Below, piece after piece: positions 16,762 to 26,286 of a stretch of DNA of 38,723 nt; within the stretch, counting starts at the first letter, position 1, and each line of letters begins with the position of its first letter. This DNA comes from a virus (lineage: Duplodnaviria > Caudoviricetes). The DNA lies in IMG/VR virus record IMGVR_UViG_3300023214_000277, positions 1 through 38,723 of that record. One strand, written 5' to 3'. The notes under the pieces are model-generated. The model was not told the origin of the DNA and ran no database searches. It worked only from the letters and a program-made list of their open reading frames with translations. The translations under genes and the position numbers were made by a program.

Positions 16762-19164
16762 TCACCCCTGAATCTCCGAAATACCGACATAACACCACAA
16801 CCGCTGACCCGCAACGGTAATGCGGCCTCGCGCGATTTTGGGGTCCAAACCGAAGTGTCGATATACCTCGCCGGCAAACTTATTCGCCGCCAGCGGACGA
16901 CTATGACCCGTCTCAGAACACCACACTTTGTACTGTTGATAGACGGCGCGCACGACCGCAAAACCATCAGGATCGGCCCGATAGTGCTCATGCAAAAAAA
17001 GACGCGCGGGGTTATTTTCGATTTCGTAGCCTCGGCGCGCCTCGGCGCAGATGTCCGGCTCTTCGAAATATCCGCGCTGTCCGAGCCGGTGCCGGCCTTC
17101 GAGCGCCCACTGCAAAATCCCAGGCAACTCGCCCTGCTCGGCCCACCACCGCGCGTCGGTCAAGGCCGGATCGACTTCGTGATGCGGTATCTGCACGGTC
17201 CACGGCAGCAGGATCAAGCGCCGCCAAACACCCATCGAGCGATCCCGGATCGTGGGCAACTGATTGGTCGCGACGATCAATTTTGCGGTTGGCGTCGAAG
17301 AAAACGCGCCCTTGAATTTTCGCTCGAACTGCATCCGGTCCCCGCCCGTCCAACTTTTTAGTATGCCTTCGGCGACGCGGTCGATTTCTCCCGAATCACC
17401 GGCAATATTGGCGAGCTTGCCGTAGGTTTGGACCAGCGAAAACTTTTCGCCGATCCGATCCAGCCCGACGTGACTCACGTTCTCGCTTCCTAACACCGCC
17501 TCTAACACGGCCGAAAAAACCCCCTTGCCGTTACGACCTGCGCCTTGGAGTAGCAAGAATTTTTGCAATCGGGTCCCGGCGGTCAAACAGTATCCGATCC
17601 ACTCGGCCAGGAAGCGAATGACCTGCTGATCTCCGGCGAGATTGCGCTCGAGAAATCGATGCCATCGGGGACATTCCGCGCCGGCCCGGTATTCATACGG
17701 CAGCCCCACAGCGCTGAACCACCGCGGGCTGAGCGGCTCCATGATGGGCGGATGCTGATCGAGATCCAGAATCCCATTGGCGACGGCCAACAGATTGCGA
17801 TGCCGGCGCTGGTCGTCGTCGATCCAGATCGGCTGATCGACGTCGGCGGGCACACCGACCAGCGAGCGCAGGGCCCGCACGACGTTCGTCGTCAGGCTGC
17901 CGGTCACCTTCCGCGCGATCCCCGCATTGTCCTTGTCTTCGACGGCCAGGCGGTCGAATTCGTCTTTGATGGCGATCTGCAGTTTCCATTGCAGATCCTC
18001 GTCGGCCAGCACCCGGTAACAGGGACCGACCCACCGCCACCACTCGCTGCGCCAATACCGCAGATCGTGCCCATGACGCTGGCGATACTGATCGACGCAG
18101 ATGCGCGCCAAACGAAACGGATCGTCGGGACTTTCCACCGCTTCGCTGGCCGAGGGTGCCGCATCGCGTGAAAACGTCTCCGCCTGGCCGGCCAGGGCAT
18201 CCAGCTCCGAAACACTGTGATCACACAGATAATCGCGCAGATCGCGCCCGTGATGCTCTGCGATCTCATATGGCAGCCGGACCAGCCGAACCCGCGCGGC
18301 ATGCTCGGCCAGCTCAGGACACCATCCGGGACGCTTCCGGCCACCCCGATCAATCCGATACGTCGCCCCCTCGATGCCGGGCCGGTCGGCGTCCGGAACC
18401 ACCACGACATCGCACTCGGCCAGCATCTCGGCCAGCGGTCCGGCTCGCTCCATCGCGCCGAATGCGCCGGTCACCACGATGCGGCCCGGATCGGCGGATA
18501 GCAGGGCCAAGGCGTCGGTCGGTCCCTCCGTCTTCCAGACTTCGGCGCCCGGCGCGATCCCTTCGACCGTGCCGATCAGACCAGCGCGGGACCCGGCCAG
18601 GGTCAGGATCTTCGCCGACCCGCGACCGGCCGGTAAAGTCGAGCCATCCAGAGCCATCAGCACCCAGCCGACGACCGGCCCGCCGGTCAGCTTCGGACCA
18701 TAGATCGGCAGCGCGATGACGCGATGCGTGCCGGCATAAACGGCACACTGGCCATGGACCAGCCTGATCCCCGCCGGCGAGATGGGCGGCTTTTGCTGGC
18801 ACCAGCGCGCGACCGCGATCCGGTTATACGGCCGAAATTCGAGCAGATCGAGCCGCAGCCGTTTTCGCGGTCGACTGCGAAATCCCAGATAATCGGCAAT
18901 TTTTTGTAGCGACTCGCGAAAAGAACAACCGGTCATCCAGCCGACCGCGGCGATTCCGTCGCCATTACGCTCGCGAAAACACTGGTTGCAAAGCACGGCG
19001 CCGCACTGGCGATCGACCAGGCGAAAACGGTCGGATCCGCCGCAGCGCGGGCAGCCGTGATGCCGGCCGTCGAGCAGCTCCGGCTCGATGCCGGCGACCG
19101 CCGCCAAGATTTCCGGCCAGCGCCCGGCAGCCGCCGCCTTGATGTCGCGCGCCTCAATTCTCAT
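16762..19164 (-). CDS. P4-alpha-like primase-helicase (zinc-binding, TOPRIM, D5/SF3 helicase)
   Basis: CPRCGGSDRF...CNQC; TEGPTDAL; PDADRPG; GAGRNGKG Walker A; ATNQLP; WRRLILLPW. Confidence 0.92.
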   Translation of the reverse strand: MRIEARDIKAAAAGRWPEILAAVAGIEPELLDGRHHGCPRCGGSDRFRLVDRQCGAVLCNQCFRERNGDGIAAVGWMTGCSFRESLQKIADYLGFRSRPRKRLRLDLLEFRPYNRIAVARWCQQKPPISPAGIRLVHGQCAVYAGTHRVIALPIYGPKLTGGPVVGWVLMALDGSTLPAGRGSAKILTLAGSRAGLIGTVEGIAPGAEVWKTEGPTDALALLSADPGRIVVTGAFGAMERAGPLAEMLAECDVVVVPDADRPGIEGATYRIDRGGRKRPGWCPELAEHAARVRLVRLPYEIAEHHGRDLRDYLCDHSVSELDALAGQAETFSRDAAPSASEAVESPDDPFRLARICVDQYRQRHGHDLRYWRSEWWRWVGPCYRVLADEDLQWKLQIAIKDEFDRLAVEDKDNAGIARKVTGSLTTNVVRALRSLVGVPADVDQPIWIDDDQRRHRNLLAVANGILDLDQHPPIMEPLSPRWFSAVGLPYEYRAGAECPRWHRFLERNLAGDQQVIRFLAEWIGYCLTAGTRLQKFLLLQGAGRNGKGVFSAVLEAVLGSENVSHVGLDRIGEKFSLVQTYGKLANIAGDSGEIDRVAEGILKSWTGGDRMQFERKFKGAFSSTPTAKLIVATNQLPTIRDRSMGVWRRLILLPWTVQIPHHEVDPALTDARWWAEQGELPGILQWALEGRHRLGQRGYFEEPDICAEARRGYEIENNPARLFLHEHYRADPDGFAVVRAVYQQYKVWCSETGHSRPLAANKFAGEVYRHFGLDPKIARGRITVAGQRLWCYVGISEIQG

Positions 19165-19552
19165 GCGGTTCGATCAACTCCCGATATCCGGCCGGCGCCG
19201 GAAAGTGCGGCAGCGGTCCCACTGGCTCGCCGTCGGGCTGGTCCGGATCACTCCATCCCCGATCATCCTCGCCGACACCGCGCTGGAAATAGGCGATCAA
19301 AAAGGCGACGGCGCAGGCCGCGTGCTGCAGATGCAAAAGGCCGCTTTCGGTATCATGATCCTGGCCGGACCAAAAGGCATTCATGTGGCGCAGTGCGGCG
19401 CCATAATAGCGCGACCAACGCATGCCCCGCGCCCAATTGTGATCTCCGTATTTTGCGGCGCCGTGCGTCAGCACCTCGCCTAGTCCCTCGATCATCTCCG
19501 GCGGGATCAATTCGAGCCTGTTTTTTCCCCGATCATGCTTTTTTCCCTGCAT
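19154..19552 (-). CDS. dATP/dGTP diphosphohydrolase-domain protein (DUF5664-like)
   Basis: KHDRGKNRLELIP, GAAKYGDHNWARG, AALRH and DTESGLLHLQHAAC motifs. Confidence 0.85.
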   Translation of the reverse strand: MQGKKHDRGKNRLELIPPEMIEGLGEVLTHGAAKYGDHNWARGMRWSRYYGAALRHMNAFWSGQDHDTESGLLHLQHAACAVAFLIAYFQRGVGEDDRGWSDPDQPDGEPVGPLPHFPAPAGYRELIEPHEN

Positions 19553-19556
19553 CGCA

Positions 19557-20240
19557 TTACCTCGATTTTAGGAGCCACGGTTCAAAAAACGCACGGCGGC
19601 CGTCCAGTACGACGCCGCAGCCGAGAATCGGTTTTTGTTTGAAGCGCCGGCCGTAATAGAACTGCAGCCTTTTGGCGTCCACGCCGCATCCGACCGACAG
19701 GCCGAACACCCGAAACTCGGCATTGGCCCACCAAGTGCAGCCGGCCTGGCTGTGATGATGACCGATAATCGTCGACCGAAATTCCTCGCGCGCCTGGGCC
19801 AGCGCGGCGCCCTTCCCGCCGGCGCCGGTCTCGCCGTGGCTGTAGGCCGCCCCGTCGATCACCAGCTTGGCGAATCTCGGATGCACGCGCCAGCCCGATA
19901 AATCCCAGAGATCCGCATAATCGCGCAACACCTCCGGAGGCAGGCCGACCGACTGGGCCTGCCGCTCGGTCAGTGCATCGTGATTGCCGATTAGCCAATC
20001 CGCCTCCGGAAACGCCTCAGCCAGCCGCTTCGTCTGGACGCGCGCCGCGCGGTATTCGCTCGCCGCACTAGAAAGCGACGGATTCCGTTCGTGATAGCTG
20101 ATACTCTGCCAATCGACCACATCGCCGATATGGACTGTGCGATTGGTCTGGTATTTATCGGCTATGCGGCGCAGGAAGGGAACGTACCCCTTCCGCATGC
20201 CGGGACAGTGTGTGTCGCCGATTACCAACACGCGCGCCAT
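19557..20240 (-). CDS. Calcineurin-like metallophosphoesterase
   Basis: GDTH, GDVVD, GNHD, SHG and GHHH motifs. Confidence 0.88.
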   Translation of the reverse strand: MARVLVIGDTHCPGMRKGYVPFLRRIADKYQTNRTVHIGDVVDWQSISYHERNPSLSSAASEYRAARVQTKRLAEAFPEADWLIGNHDALTERQAQSVGLPPEVLRDYADLWDLSGWRVHPRFAKLVIDGAAYSHGETGAGGKGAALAQAREEFRSTIIGHHHSQAGCTWWANAEFRVFGLSVGCGVDAKRLQFYYGRRFKQKPILGCGVVLDGRRAFFEPWLLKSR

Positions 20241-20250
20241 CGGATGCCCC

Positions 20251-20736
20251 TTATTGTGAGTCTTCAAAATGCCGGTGCGCTTGCCACAGGGTCCGAAATA
20301 CGAATCGTTCGGCCGCCACCCGGCCAGGCAAAAAGAACCAGGGGATGCCGTATCGCACCCACCAGCTCTGCGCCGTCCGTGATATGACCTTCGGCCGCAA
20401 TCGACTACGCGGCGGCGGTGCGCGGAGCACGGTCGACAACTCCGCCTCGACCACCACCGCCGCCCGCCGATACTTCGCCAGCCGCTCCATCTCGCGCGCA
20501 AAACAAGCCCGCCGCTGACCGAGCGTCCCAAAGAGATCGGCCATGCTCTTTCTTTCGATGGCGATCCAGTCCGGCCGGCTGTCGAGCTGGTAATCCCCTT
20601 CGCCGAGCGTTTGACGGACCGTCGTCACGTCATAGACCGCATCGCGCCGATCCACGGCGATATCGGCGAACCGATACGGCGCCTGCTCGCGCGTATCGAC
20701 GGCGATGATGAACGGGCACCGCACTTTCCCAGGCAT
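20251..20736 (-). CDS. ERCC4-domain nuclease (putative resolvase)
   Basis: VDTREQAP, GDY and IERKSMADL motifs; alternative start at 20799. Confidence 0.85.
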   Translation of the reverse strand: MPGKVRCPFIIAVDTREQAPYRFADIAVDRRDAVYDVTTVRQTLGEGDYQLDSRPDWIAIERKSMADLFGTLGQRRACFAREMERLAKYRRAAVVVEAELSTVLRAPPPRSRLRPKVISRTAQSWWVRYGIPWFFLPGRVAAERFVFRTLWQAHRHFEDSQ

Positions 20737-20795
20737 TGGCAAATCCCAGATATCCGGCTGGTACGATATGGTGGACGATGCTGCCCACACCAGCA

Positions 20796-21074
20796 TCATC
20801 CCTCGATCCATTTGACCCAGCGGCGGCCGCAGATCCGGCACCGCTTGGCAATCCGCGCTCCGTCGCTGGCATCGGGAGACACCGCAATCACCTCGGCGCT
20901 ACGATGACCGCAGGGCCGGTCCGATTCGGTCAGCGCGGCGCCGGGCCACTCCCCCAGCTCGACGATGCGCCGCGCGGTGCCCGGATCGTAGGCCGCGAAC
21001 TGATCCGCCGGATCATTTTCATCGGCATGATAGCGCGTCCGATGCGCGAGCGGTGTGAGTGGCGCATCGCTCAT
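20796..21074 (-). CDS. Hypothetical protein
   Basis: ATGA overlap with upstream gene; CGH...CRICG. Confidence 0.55.
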   Translation of the reverse strand: MSDAPLTPLAHRTRYHADENDPADQFAAYDPGTARRIVELGEWPGAALTESDRPCGHRSAEVIAVSPDASDGARIAKRCRICGRRWVKWIEG

Positions 21075-21580
21075 ACCGAATCCCAATCGTCATCTCGGGC
21101 CGAGTCGTACTTCGCGAACGCGGCCTGCACCGCGTCGACGGCCATCACGTCCGCAACATCCGGATTCCGCGGATTCCAGATTGAGTTTCCCCAGTTGGCA
21201 ATCGAGACTCCCGACTTGCTCCCCTTGCTCCACTCTTCGACCTCGCAGACCAGCATCTTGCCGGGCGCATCGGCTTCAAAATCGATGTCCGCATCGGTCC
21301 CACCCTCCAACAGCCCCAGCGCCAACGCGGCGACCAGGTGAGATTGAGATGGTGACCCGTCATCCTTGAATTTCAGAAACAGCGCGATCTCTTTTTTTTC
21401 TTGGCCTGGCACCGTGCCGCCGAGCACCTCCAGGTTGATGATCGTCTTTTCGCCGCTGGAGGTCTCTTGTCGCTCGCGGCAATCGGTCACGTAGCAGAGG
21501 TAGCGGCCGGGTACCGGACGCTCCGCATCGTAGGTTTTCGCATCATTTTCGCTCTTCGCGCCGCTGGCATTCAGTCGCAT
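21071..21580 (-). CDS. Putative single-stranded DNA-binding protein (DUF669-like)
   Basis: PVPGRY motif, acidic-aromatic tail DDDWDSV, follows the AAA ATPase. Confidence 0.6.
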   Translation of the reverse strand: MRLNASGAKSENDAKTYDAERPVPGRYLCYVTDCRERQETSSGEKTIINLEVLGGTVPGQEKKEIALFLKFKDDGSPSQSHLVAALALGLLEGGTDADIDFEADAPGKMLVCEVEEWSKGSKSGVSIANWGNSIWNPRNPDVADVMAVDAVQAAFAKYDSARDDDWDSV

Positions 21581-21687
21581 TTTGGCCCCCTTTGGAAACT
21601 CAAAAAGACACTGTGAAAAAACAGATAGCCTGACAGACAACAAGATCCAAACAAAAGATACCGCCGGAAAAACCCGCACCGATGTCG

Positions 21688-22764
21688 CTAAAACGGGATC
21701 TCACCCTGACCCTCGGCCCACGCGAGAAGCTGATCTCCCTGGGCGACGGTCAATTGCGCCAGCTTGGTGGCGCCGGGCTGCAGCTCGCCGATGCACTGCT
21801 GCAGCGCGTCGAGTCCGACCCGATGCGTCTTGCAAAGCTGCTTGATTTTCTGCTGCTGCCAGTGAGGCAGCGGCCCATTCTCGGGCTCGCGAAACGCTTC
21901 GGGCCCGGGCGCCACATCAGCCTTTTCACGGGCGCCCTGTGTTTCAGCAGAATCCTGAGAACCCACAGATACCTGTTGATCGCCAGGTTCGGCCGGCCGG
22001 TCGGCTTTGTTGCCCTGGCCGGCAGACTGGCCCTGCGCCCCGGCGCCGGCGTCAGTCGCGCCGGCCGGCTCCCCCTCGCTCAGCCAGCCGACCAGCGGAT
22101 CGAGAAACGCGGGTCCGGGCAGGCTCGCAACTTGGCCGTCGAGCGCACTGCAGCGCGTCTTATCGACACTTAGGGTATGGTCGAGCGCCATGGAACAGAC
22201 GACGTCGAATTCATAGTCGACCCCATCCCGCTGCACCGGTTTGACGCCGATCTTTTTTGGCACAGCCTTGCCGTTTTCCTCAATCACCGCATATTCGGTC
22301 TTGGTGCGCATCGTCGCGATGACATGGCAGGGCAGCGCAAGTATTTTTTCGACCAAAGCATTGCATTCGGGGGTCACTTTCGCCCATCCCGAGGTGAACT
22401 TATTACCGCCGGCCGCGTCGACCATCTCCAATGCGCCACCCTTGCCGGTCCAGGCATGCGACAGCGAATCGACCACCACCACCGCCGGCCGCATCCGCAC
22501 CGCCTCATCGAGCGCGGCGATATAGGTCCGCGGCGCGAACGACATCAGATTCGCGACGTCGAACTGCCAGGCGACCCCGTCCGGCGCCATCCCGACATAC
22601 TTGCTAGCCGAATAATGCTCGGTGTCGATCACACAAACCCGCCCGCCCCGCGCCAAAGCAATTGCCCAGCGCAGCGCGGTAAATGTCTTGCCCGACCCAC
22701 TCGGGCCCACCAGAGCGATCCGCGCCTTAAGCTGCGCCCGCGAAGCAGGCGAAAAGATACCCAT
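21688..22764 (-). CDS. AAA_24/Sak4-like ATPase (recombination)
   Basis: GPSGSGKT, IDTEH, VDSLSHAW and YEFD motifs; C-terminal EIPF. Confidence 0.85.
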   Translation of the reverse strand: MGIFSPASRAQLKARIALVGPSGSGKTFTALRWAIALARGGRVCVIDTEHYSASKYVGMAPDGVAWQFDVANLMSFAPRTYIAALDEAVRMRPAVVVVDSLSHAWTGKGGALEMVDAAGGNKFTSGWAKVTPECNALVEKILALPCHVIATMRTKTEYAVIEENGKAVPKKIGVKPVQRDGVDYEFDVVCSMALDHTLSVDKTRCSALDGQVASLPGPAFLDPLVGWLSEGEPAGATDAGAGAQGQSAGQGNKADRPAEPGDQQVSVGSQDSAETQGAREKADVAPGPEAFREPENGPLPHWQQQKIKQLCKTHRVGLDALQQCIGELQPGATKLAQLTVAQGDQLLAWAEGQGEIPF

Positions 22765-22854
22765 ATCGTGCCCCCATACCAGATAAAAAACAGTCAACCA
22801 ACAAAACCCACACAACCGCCAGTGAACCACCCGAGAAAAACCAGAGCCACCCAA

Positions 22855-24360
22855 TCAAGCCGCGCTAGAATCTCCCAATTCGCGCTGGTCGAGCAACTCG
22901 ACCAACCGCACCAACTGCGCCGGCGTCAAAATCCGACGCAAAGAAACCACAATCCGATCTAGATCCACCCCACCCCCATCAACTGCGCCGCATTCTGCGC
23001 CGCCCAAACCAAAATCAGCCAATTTCCCCGGGCTATTCGACCCATCACCTAGTCCACGAAGGACTAGGCATTTTGTTGACATGGGTTGACTGGGGGAGTT
23101 GGTGCCGTTTTGACCGCTATATTCGGCTTTCAATGTCCCCGTATGTTCCCCCGTCTCACAGCATGTCTGCGCCGCTTTTTGCGCCGTCTTGGTCGAGTGC
23201 GCCGCTTTTTGCGCCGCTTCTCTCGTCTCTTTCTGCCCGCTCGAATCGGCTGGCTGGCGGTAGCTGTGGGCGGTGAAGTCGTCGTCGATCGCGTGCAGGT
23301 AATGCTTCGCCGCGGTCTGCGCCGAGTTGCCCATCCATGCGGCGACGACGTGCGCCGGCACGGTGCGGGTTAGCTCGGTCTGTCGGGTGGCGCGCAGGTT
23401 GTGAAAGATCCTGGGCCACGGATCGATGCCGGCGTGGCGCAGGATGCGCGCGAAGTCGAGACGCAGGGATCGCGCCTTACCTCGCCGGTGCGTAATCACG
23501 TACTCGCCGTGTTGGTCGCGTGCAACGCTCTGCAAATACGGCACGAGCTGCTTGAAGAGTGGCGCTACCCGTAGGCCGCTCTTCGGTGAATCGATATGGA
23601 TGACGCCCTTTTTCCAATCGATATCCGACCAGCGGAGTGCGTGCAGTTCCGATGGCATGCGGAGTCCAAGATAGCGGCCCAACACAAAGATCAGTCGCCA
23701 CTGGTCGTCGGGGCACGCGGCCAGCACGCGCGCTGCGGTCGCCTCGTCGACGAAGTGGAATTTGTCGGGGTTCGCGTCGTCGGTCGTTTTGAAGCCTTCG
23801 ACCGGTTGGCGCTCGATCATCTGGGATTTCACAGCGGCCCCAAAAAACCACTTCGCGCGGCACAGGTGCTTGGGCACCGTCGAGCGGATTGCGCGGCCCT
23901 TGCCGCTGGGCTTCGGTGCCGCCAACCACTGCTCCCAGCGCACTATGTCATGCGTGGTGATTCTGCGTATGTCGTGATCGGCACCGAAGAACGCGACCAG
24001 CAAATGGCGCGTCTCCTGGTATTTCTTGATCGTCGCCGGCGCCCAATTCGGCGCGCGCAAGGTGATCTGTGCGTCCAAGAAATCCGCCAGTGACGATGCC
24101 TGCCTTTCGGCAGCTAGTCCGACTCGCACGAGGCGATCGTGTGTCGTGTCATCCAGGTCGGCGACCCAGCGCTGGAGTTTGGGCGGCAGGCTGGTGATGC
24201 CGTATCTCTGGCAGTCGGCCAACTGTTCGATATGCTGGCGGACTTGCTCGGCCGTCGTCTTATTGGCGCGGCCCAAACGCACGGTCTTTCGCGATCCGTC
24301 GCCGGCGACGAATTGGACTCGCCAGGTCTTGCTCTTGCGATCTTGGGTTTTGCTCGCCAT
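22855..24360 (-). CDS. int: Tyrosine integrase
   Basis: GLRMPSEL, SPK, FHNLRATR and WMGNSAQTAAKHY motifs; N-terminal arm-binding-like WRVQF...RKTVRLG. Confidence 0.93.
   Translation of the reverse strand: MASKTQDRKSKTWRVQFVAGDGSRKTVRLGRANKTTAEQVRQHIEQLADCQRYGITSLPPKLQRWVADLDDTTHDRLVRVGLAAERQASSLADFLDAQITLRAPNWAPATIKKYQETRHLLVAFFGADHDIRRITTHDIVRWEQWLAAPKPSGKGRAIRSTVPKHLCRAKWFFGAAVKSQMIERQPVEGFKTTDDANPDKFHFVDEATAARVLAACPDDQWRLIFVLGRYLGLRMPSELHALRWSDIDWKKGVIHIDSPKSGLRVAPLFKQLVPYLQSVARDQHGEYVITHRRGKARSLRLDFARILRHAGIDPWPRIFHNLRATRQTELTRTVPAHVVAAWMGNSAQTAAKHYLHAIDDDFTAHSYRQPADSSGQKETREAAQKAAHSTKTAQKAAQTCCETGEHTGTLKAEYSGQNGTNSPSQPMSTKCLVLRGLGDGSNSPGKLADFGLGGAECGAVDGGGVDLDRIVVSLRRILTPAQLVRLVELLDQRELGDSSAA
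22984..23216. other. Putative attP: arm-type repeats flanking a dyad core
   Basis: TGCGCCG pairs 12 bp apart at 22984/22996, 23168/23180 and 23198/23210; dyad CCTAGTCC-ACGAA-GGACTAGG at 23048-23068. Confidence 0.6.
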
Positions 24361-24373
24361 CTCTGCACATCTC

Positions 24374-24577
24374 CTATTGTTGGTCGTCTTGCACTGGTGG
24401 GCAGCCGTCGGCTACCCAGCGGTCGAGGTCGGACCGGCGCCAGCGCACCATTTTGCCGATCCGCATCGGCTGCGGAATGCCGCCCCGCGCGGCCAAGCGC
24501 GAGATGTGCCGCGGTGTGCACGCCAGGTACTCGGCCACCTGGTCGCGGGTCAGCAGCTCGCGCTCGTTGAGTTCCAT
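24374..24577 (-). CDS. Excisionase/AlpA-like helix-turn-helix protein
   Basis: LLTRDQVAEYL...IPQPMRIGKMVRWRRSDLDRW; immediately upstream of the integrase. Confidence 0.88.
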   Translation of the reverse strand: MELNERELLTRDQVAEYLACTPRHISRLAARGGIPQPMRIGKMVRWRRSDLDRWVADGCPPVQDDQQ

Positions 24578-24664
24578 TTTGGAAATCCGCTGGTCTGGGA
24601 AAGCTGGTCCATTGGTGTCAGCTTAAAGCATTTCAAGTCCGCGGTCAACAGAAATTTCCGACAC

Positions 24665-25096
24665 TTAGCTGCTTCGGTCTCCCTTTGCTTTGATACTGTG
24701 TTTGTGTTTCGGACTTAGTACGGCGATCAGCTGATCGAATGTGTCGAATTGGCGCACGTGACTCAAGCAATGAAATACGTTCTCGCGCGGCCCCACGATC
24801 CACACAGCGCGGCGCGTGGCCAAAGCCACACCAAACTCGACATGGCGTCCGCCGCGGGTCTTGCTCGATCGTGGGTGCTCGGTGAATGATATCACGATCT
24901 GCGCACGCATCAGGTCATGAATGTCCTCGGTCGCAAACCGTTCCGCGGCGCCGCCCGAGCCCAGCGTGTCGTCATCGGCTTGATGATTTCCGTGCAGCCA
25001 CCGACTTGTGACCGTGTGCCGCAGATCTTCGAGTTGCTTGCGATACCCGCACAACTCAAGACGCCGGCTGTATCGCGCTGCCAAATAAAAGTCCAT
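24665..25096 (-). CDS. Nucleoside 2-deoxyribosyltransferase-like protein
   Basis: FYLAARY, ED..D and GGRHVEFGVA motifs. Confidence 0.7.
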   Translation of the reverse strand: MDFYLAARYSRRLELCGYRKQLEDLRHTVTSRWLHGNHQADDDTLGSGGAAERFATEDIHDLMRAQIVISFTEHPRSSKTRGGRHVEFGVALATRRAVWIVGPRENVFHCLSHVRQFDTFDQLIAVLSPKHKHSIKAKGDRSS

Positions 25097-25149
25097 TTCC
25101 GTTTTCCTCAGTTCGTGAAACTGAATTGGGGTGATCGATTCATACAGCC

Positions 25150-25986
25150 TTATAAAGGCGGAAGTTCACGGACCCTTAAATCACTCGGCCACTCGTCCCA
25201 GTTGCCGCCATGAGTGCCGCCTATCGTCACGGGTTGATAGTTATCGTAAACCACCGCTCCCAACTGCTTGAGAAAATAGGGGACCTCGTGCTGTCGACAC
25301 TGTCTTAACAGGTCGCGTGCCCACAAGAGATTGAATTCCGCGGCGCTATGTCCGGACTCGCCGCCTTGAATCACCCAATCCAAATGCGGTAGCCATGGGG
25401 TGATCGTGATCTGCTCGTGCTGCGGCTCTACCGAAAGGAAGCGGATCGTGCTGGCACCGCCGACGCGCAGCAGATCCGCAATTCGGCTGGTGGTCCTTTG
25501 GTTGGTAATGCTCGTTCCCGGCCACAGGTTGTTTGGCCATTGGATTCGGTGCTCTAACAGCCAGCGATAAAACCACGCCATCCTACTGGGTCGCTTCGTC
25601 AGCCAGAGCCAGCAATGACGCTGGCCGGCAACCGACGTTACCACATCGATCACTTCTTTTTTGAGGTACGCAAAATCAACAGCGCTCGACAATGCGTCGG
25701 ACATATCCGACACGAAAATCAATCGGGGATAGTCGTTGAGCCACGGTTTATCCGGCCGGCACTGGCCGCTCAAGTCGCGCCACTGCGCCGCGGTCGCCAT
25801 GCGTCCGGGGAAGAGGGTCACTTGCTCAAACGACGGTGCATAACCTTTAATCGATTTTCCAAAGCGCCGATGAAGTACACCGGCATAACACTTTTTTGTG
25901 TGGTGATACCACAATTCACACCCATCGCAGCCCATCGTCGGATTGCAGGTCGAATCGCACCACTGGATTTTTGTCGAAATGGCCAT
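25150..25986 (-). CDS. Phage Gp37/Gp68 (DUF5131) family protein
   Basis: IQWCDSTCNP.MGC, CYA, FVSDMSD, LTKRP, FLSVEP, WVIQGGESG and FLKQLG motifs. Confidence 0.9.
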   Translation of the reverse strand: MAISTKIQWCDSTCNPTMGCDGCELWYHHTKKCYAGVLHRRFGKSIKGYAPSFEQVTLFPGRMATAAQWRDLSGQCRPDKPWLNDYPRLIFVSDMSDALSSAVDFAYLKKEVIDVVTSVAGQRHCWLWLTKRPSRMAWFYRWLLEHRIQWPNNLWPGTSITNQRTTSRIADLLRVGGASTIRFLSVEPQHEQITITPWLPHLDWVIQGGESGHSAAEFNLLWARDLLRQCRQHEVPYFLKQLGAVVYDNYQPVTIGGTHGGNWDEWPSDLRVRELPPL

Positions 25987-25989
25987 ACG

Positions 25990-26286
25990 TCATCCACTCT
26001 TGCGACGAGTTCGGAACCAATATCGTACGCGAAACCACTGGGCATCGATCCGGCGGGCGCGCTCGGCACAGCCGCACGATGGTAGGTCCGCGGCCGATCG
26101 CACGAGATTGACTAACCGCGCAATGCCGATCAGGACCAACAGCTTGTGTAATCGCGTGGCGGGCCCCGCCGGCGGCGCAACCCTGCCGCTATGCTTGGCC
26201 GGGCAGTTGCGGTGCAGGCCGATCTGCCCCGCCTGGCCGCAAGCCGGACACGCGCCGCTTTCCAGGTCGCAATGGATATCGGTCAT
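25990..26286 (-). CDS. Cys-rich hypothetical protein
   Basis: ATGA overlap; CPACG and CGCAERARRID. Confidence 0.6.
   Translation of the reverse strand: MTDIHCDLESGACPACGQAGQIGLHRNCPAKHSGRVAPPAGPATRLHKLLVLIGIARLVNLVRSAADLPSCGCAERARRIDAQWFRVRYWFRTRRKSG

Noticed and set aside
19154-19552. Z-genome (2-aminoadenine) pathway
   Set aside because: No PurZ or DNA polymerase seen; DUF5664 alone is insufficient
23036-23070. tRNA gene
   Set aside because: Only a TTCGA-containing 3'-like fragment; no cloverleaf can be built
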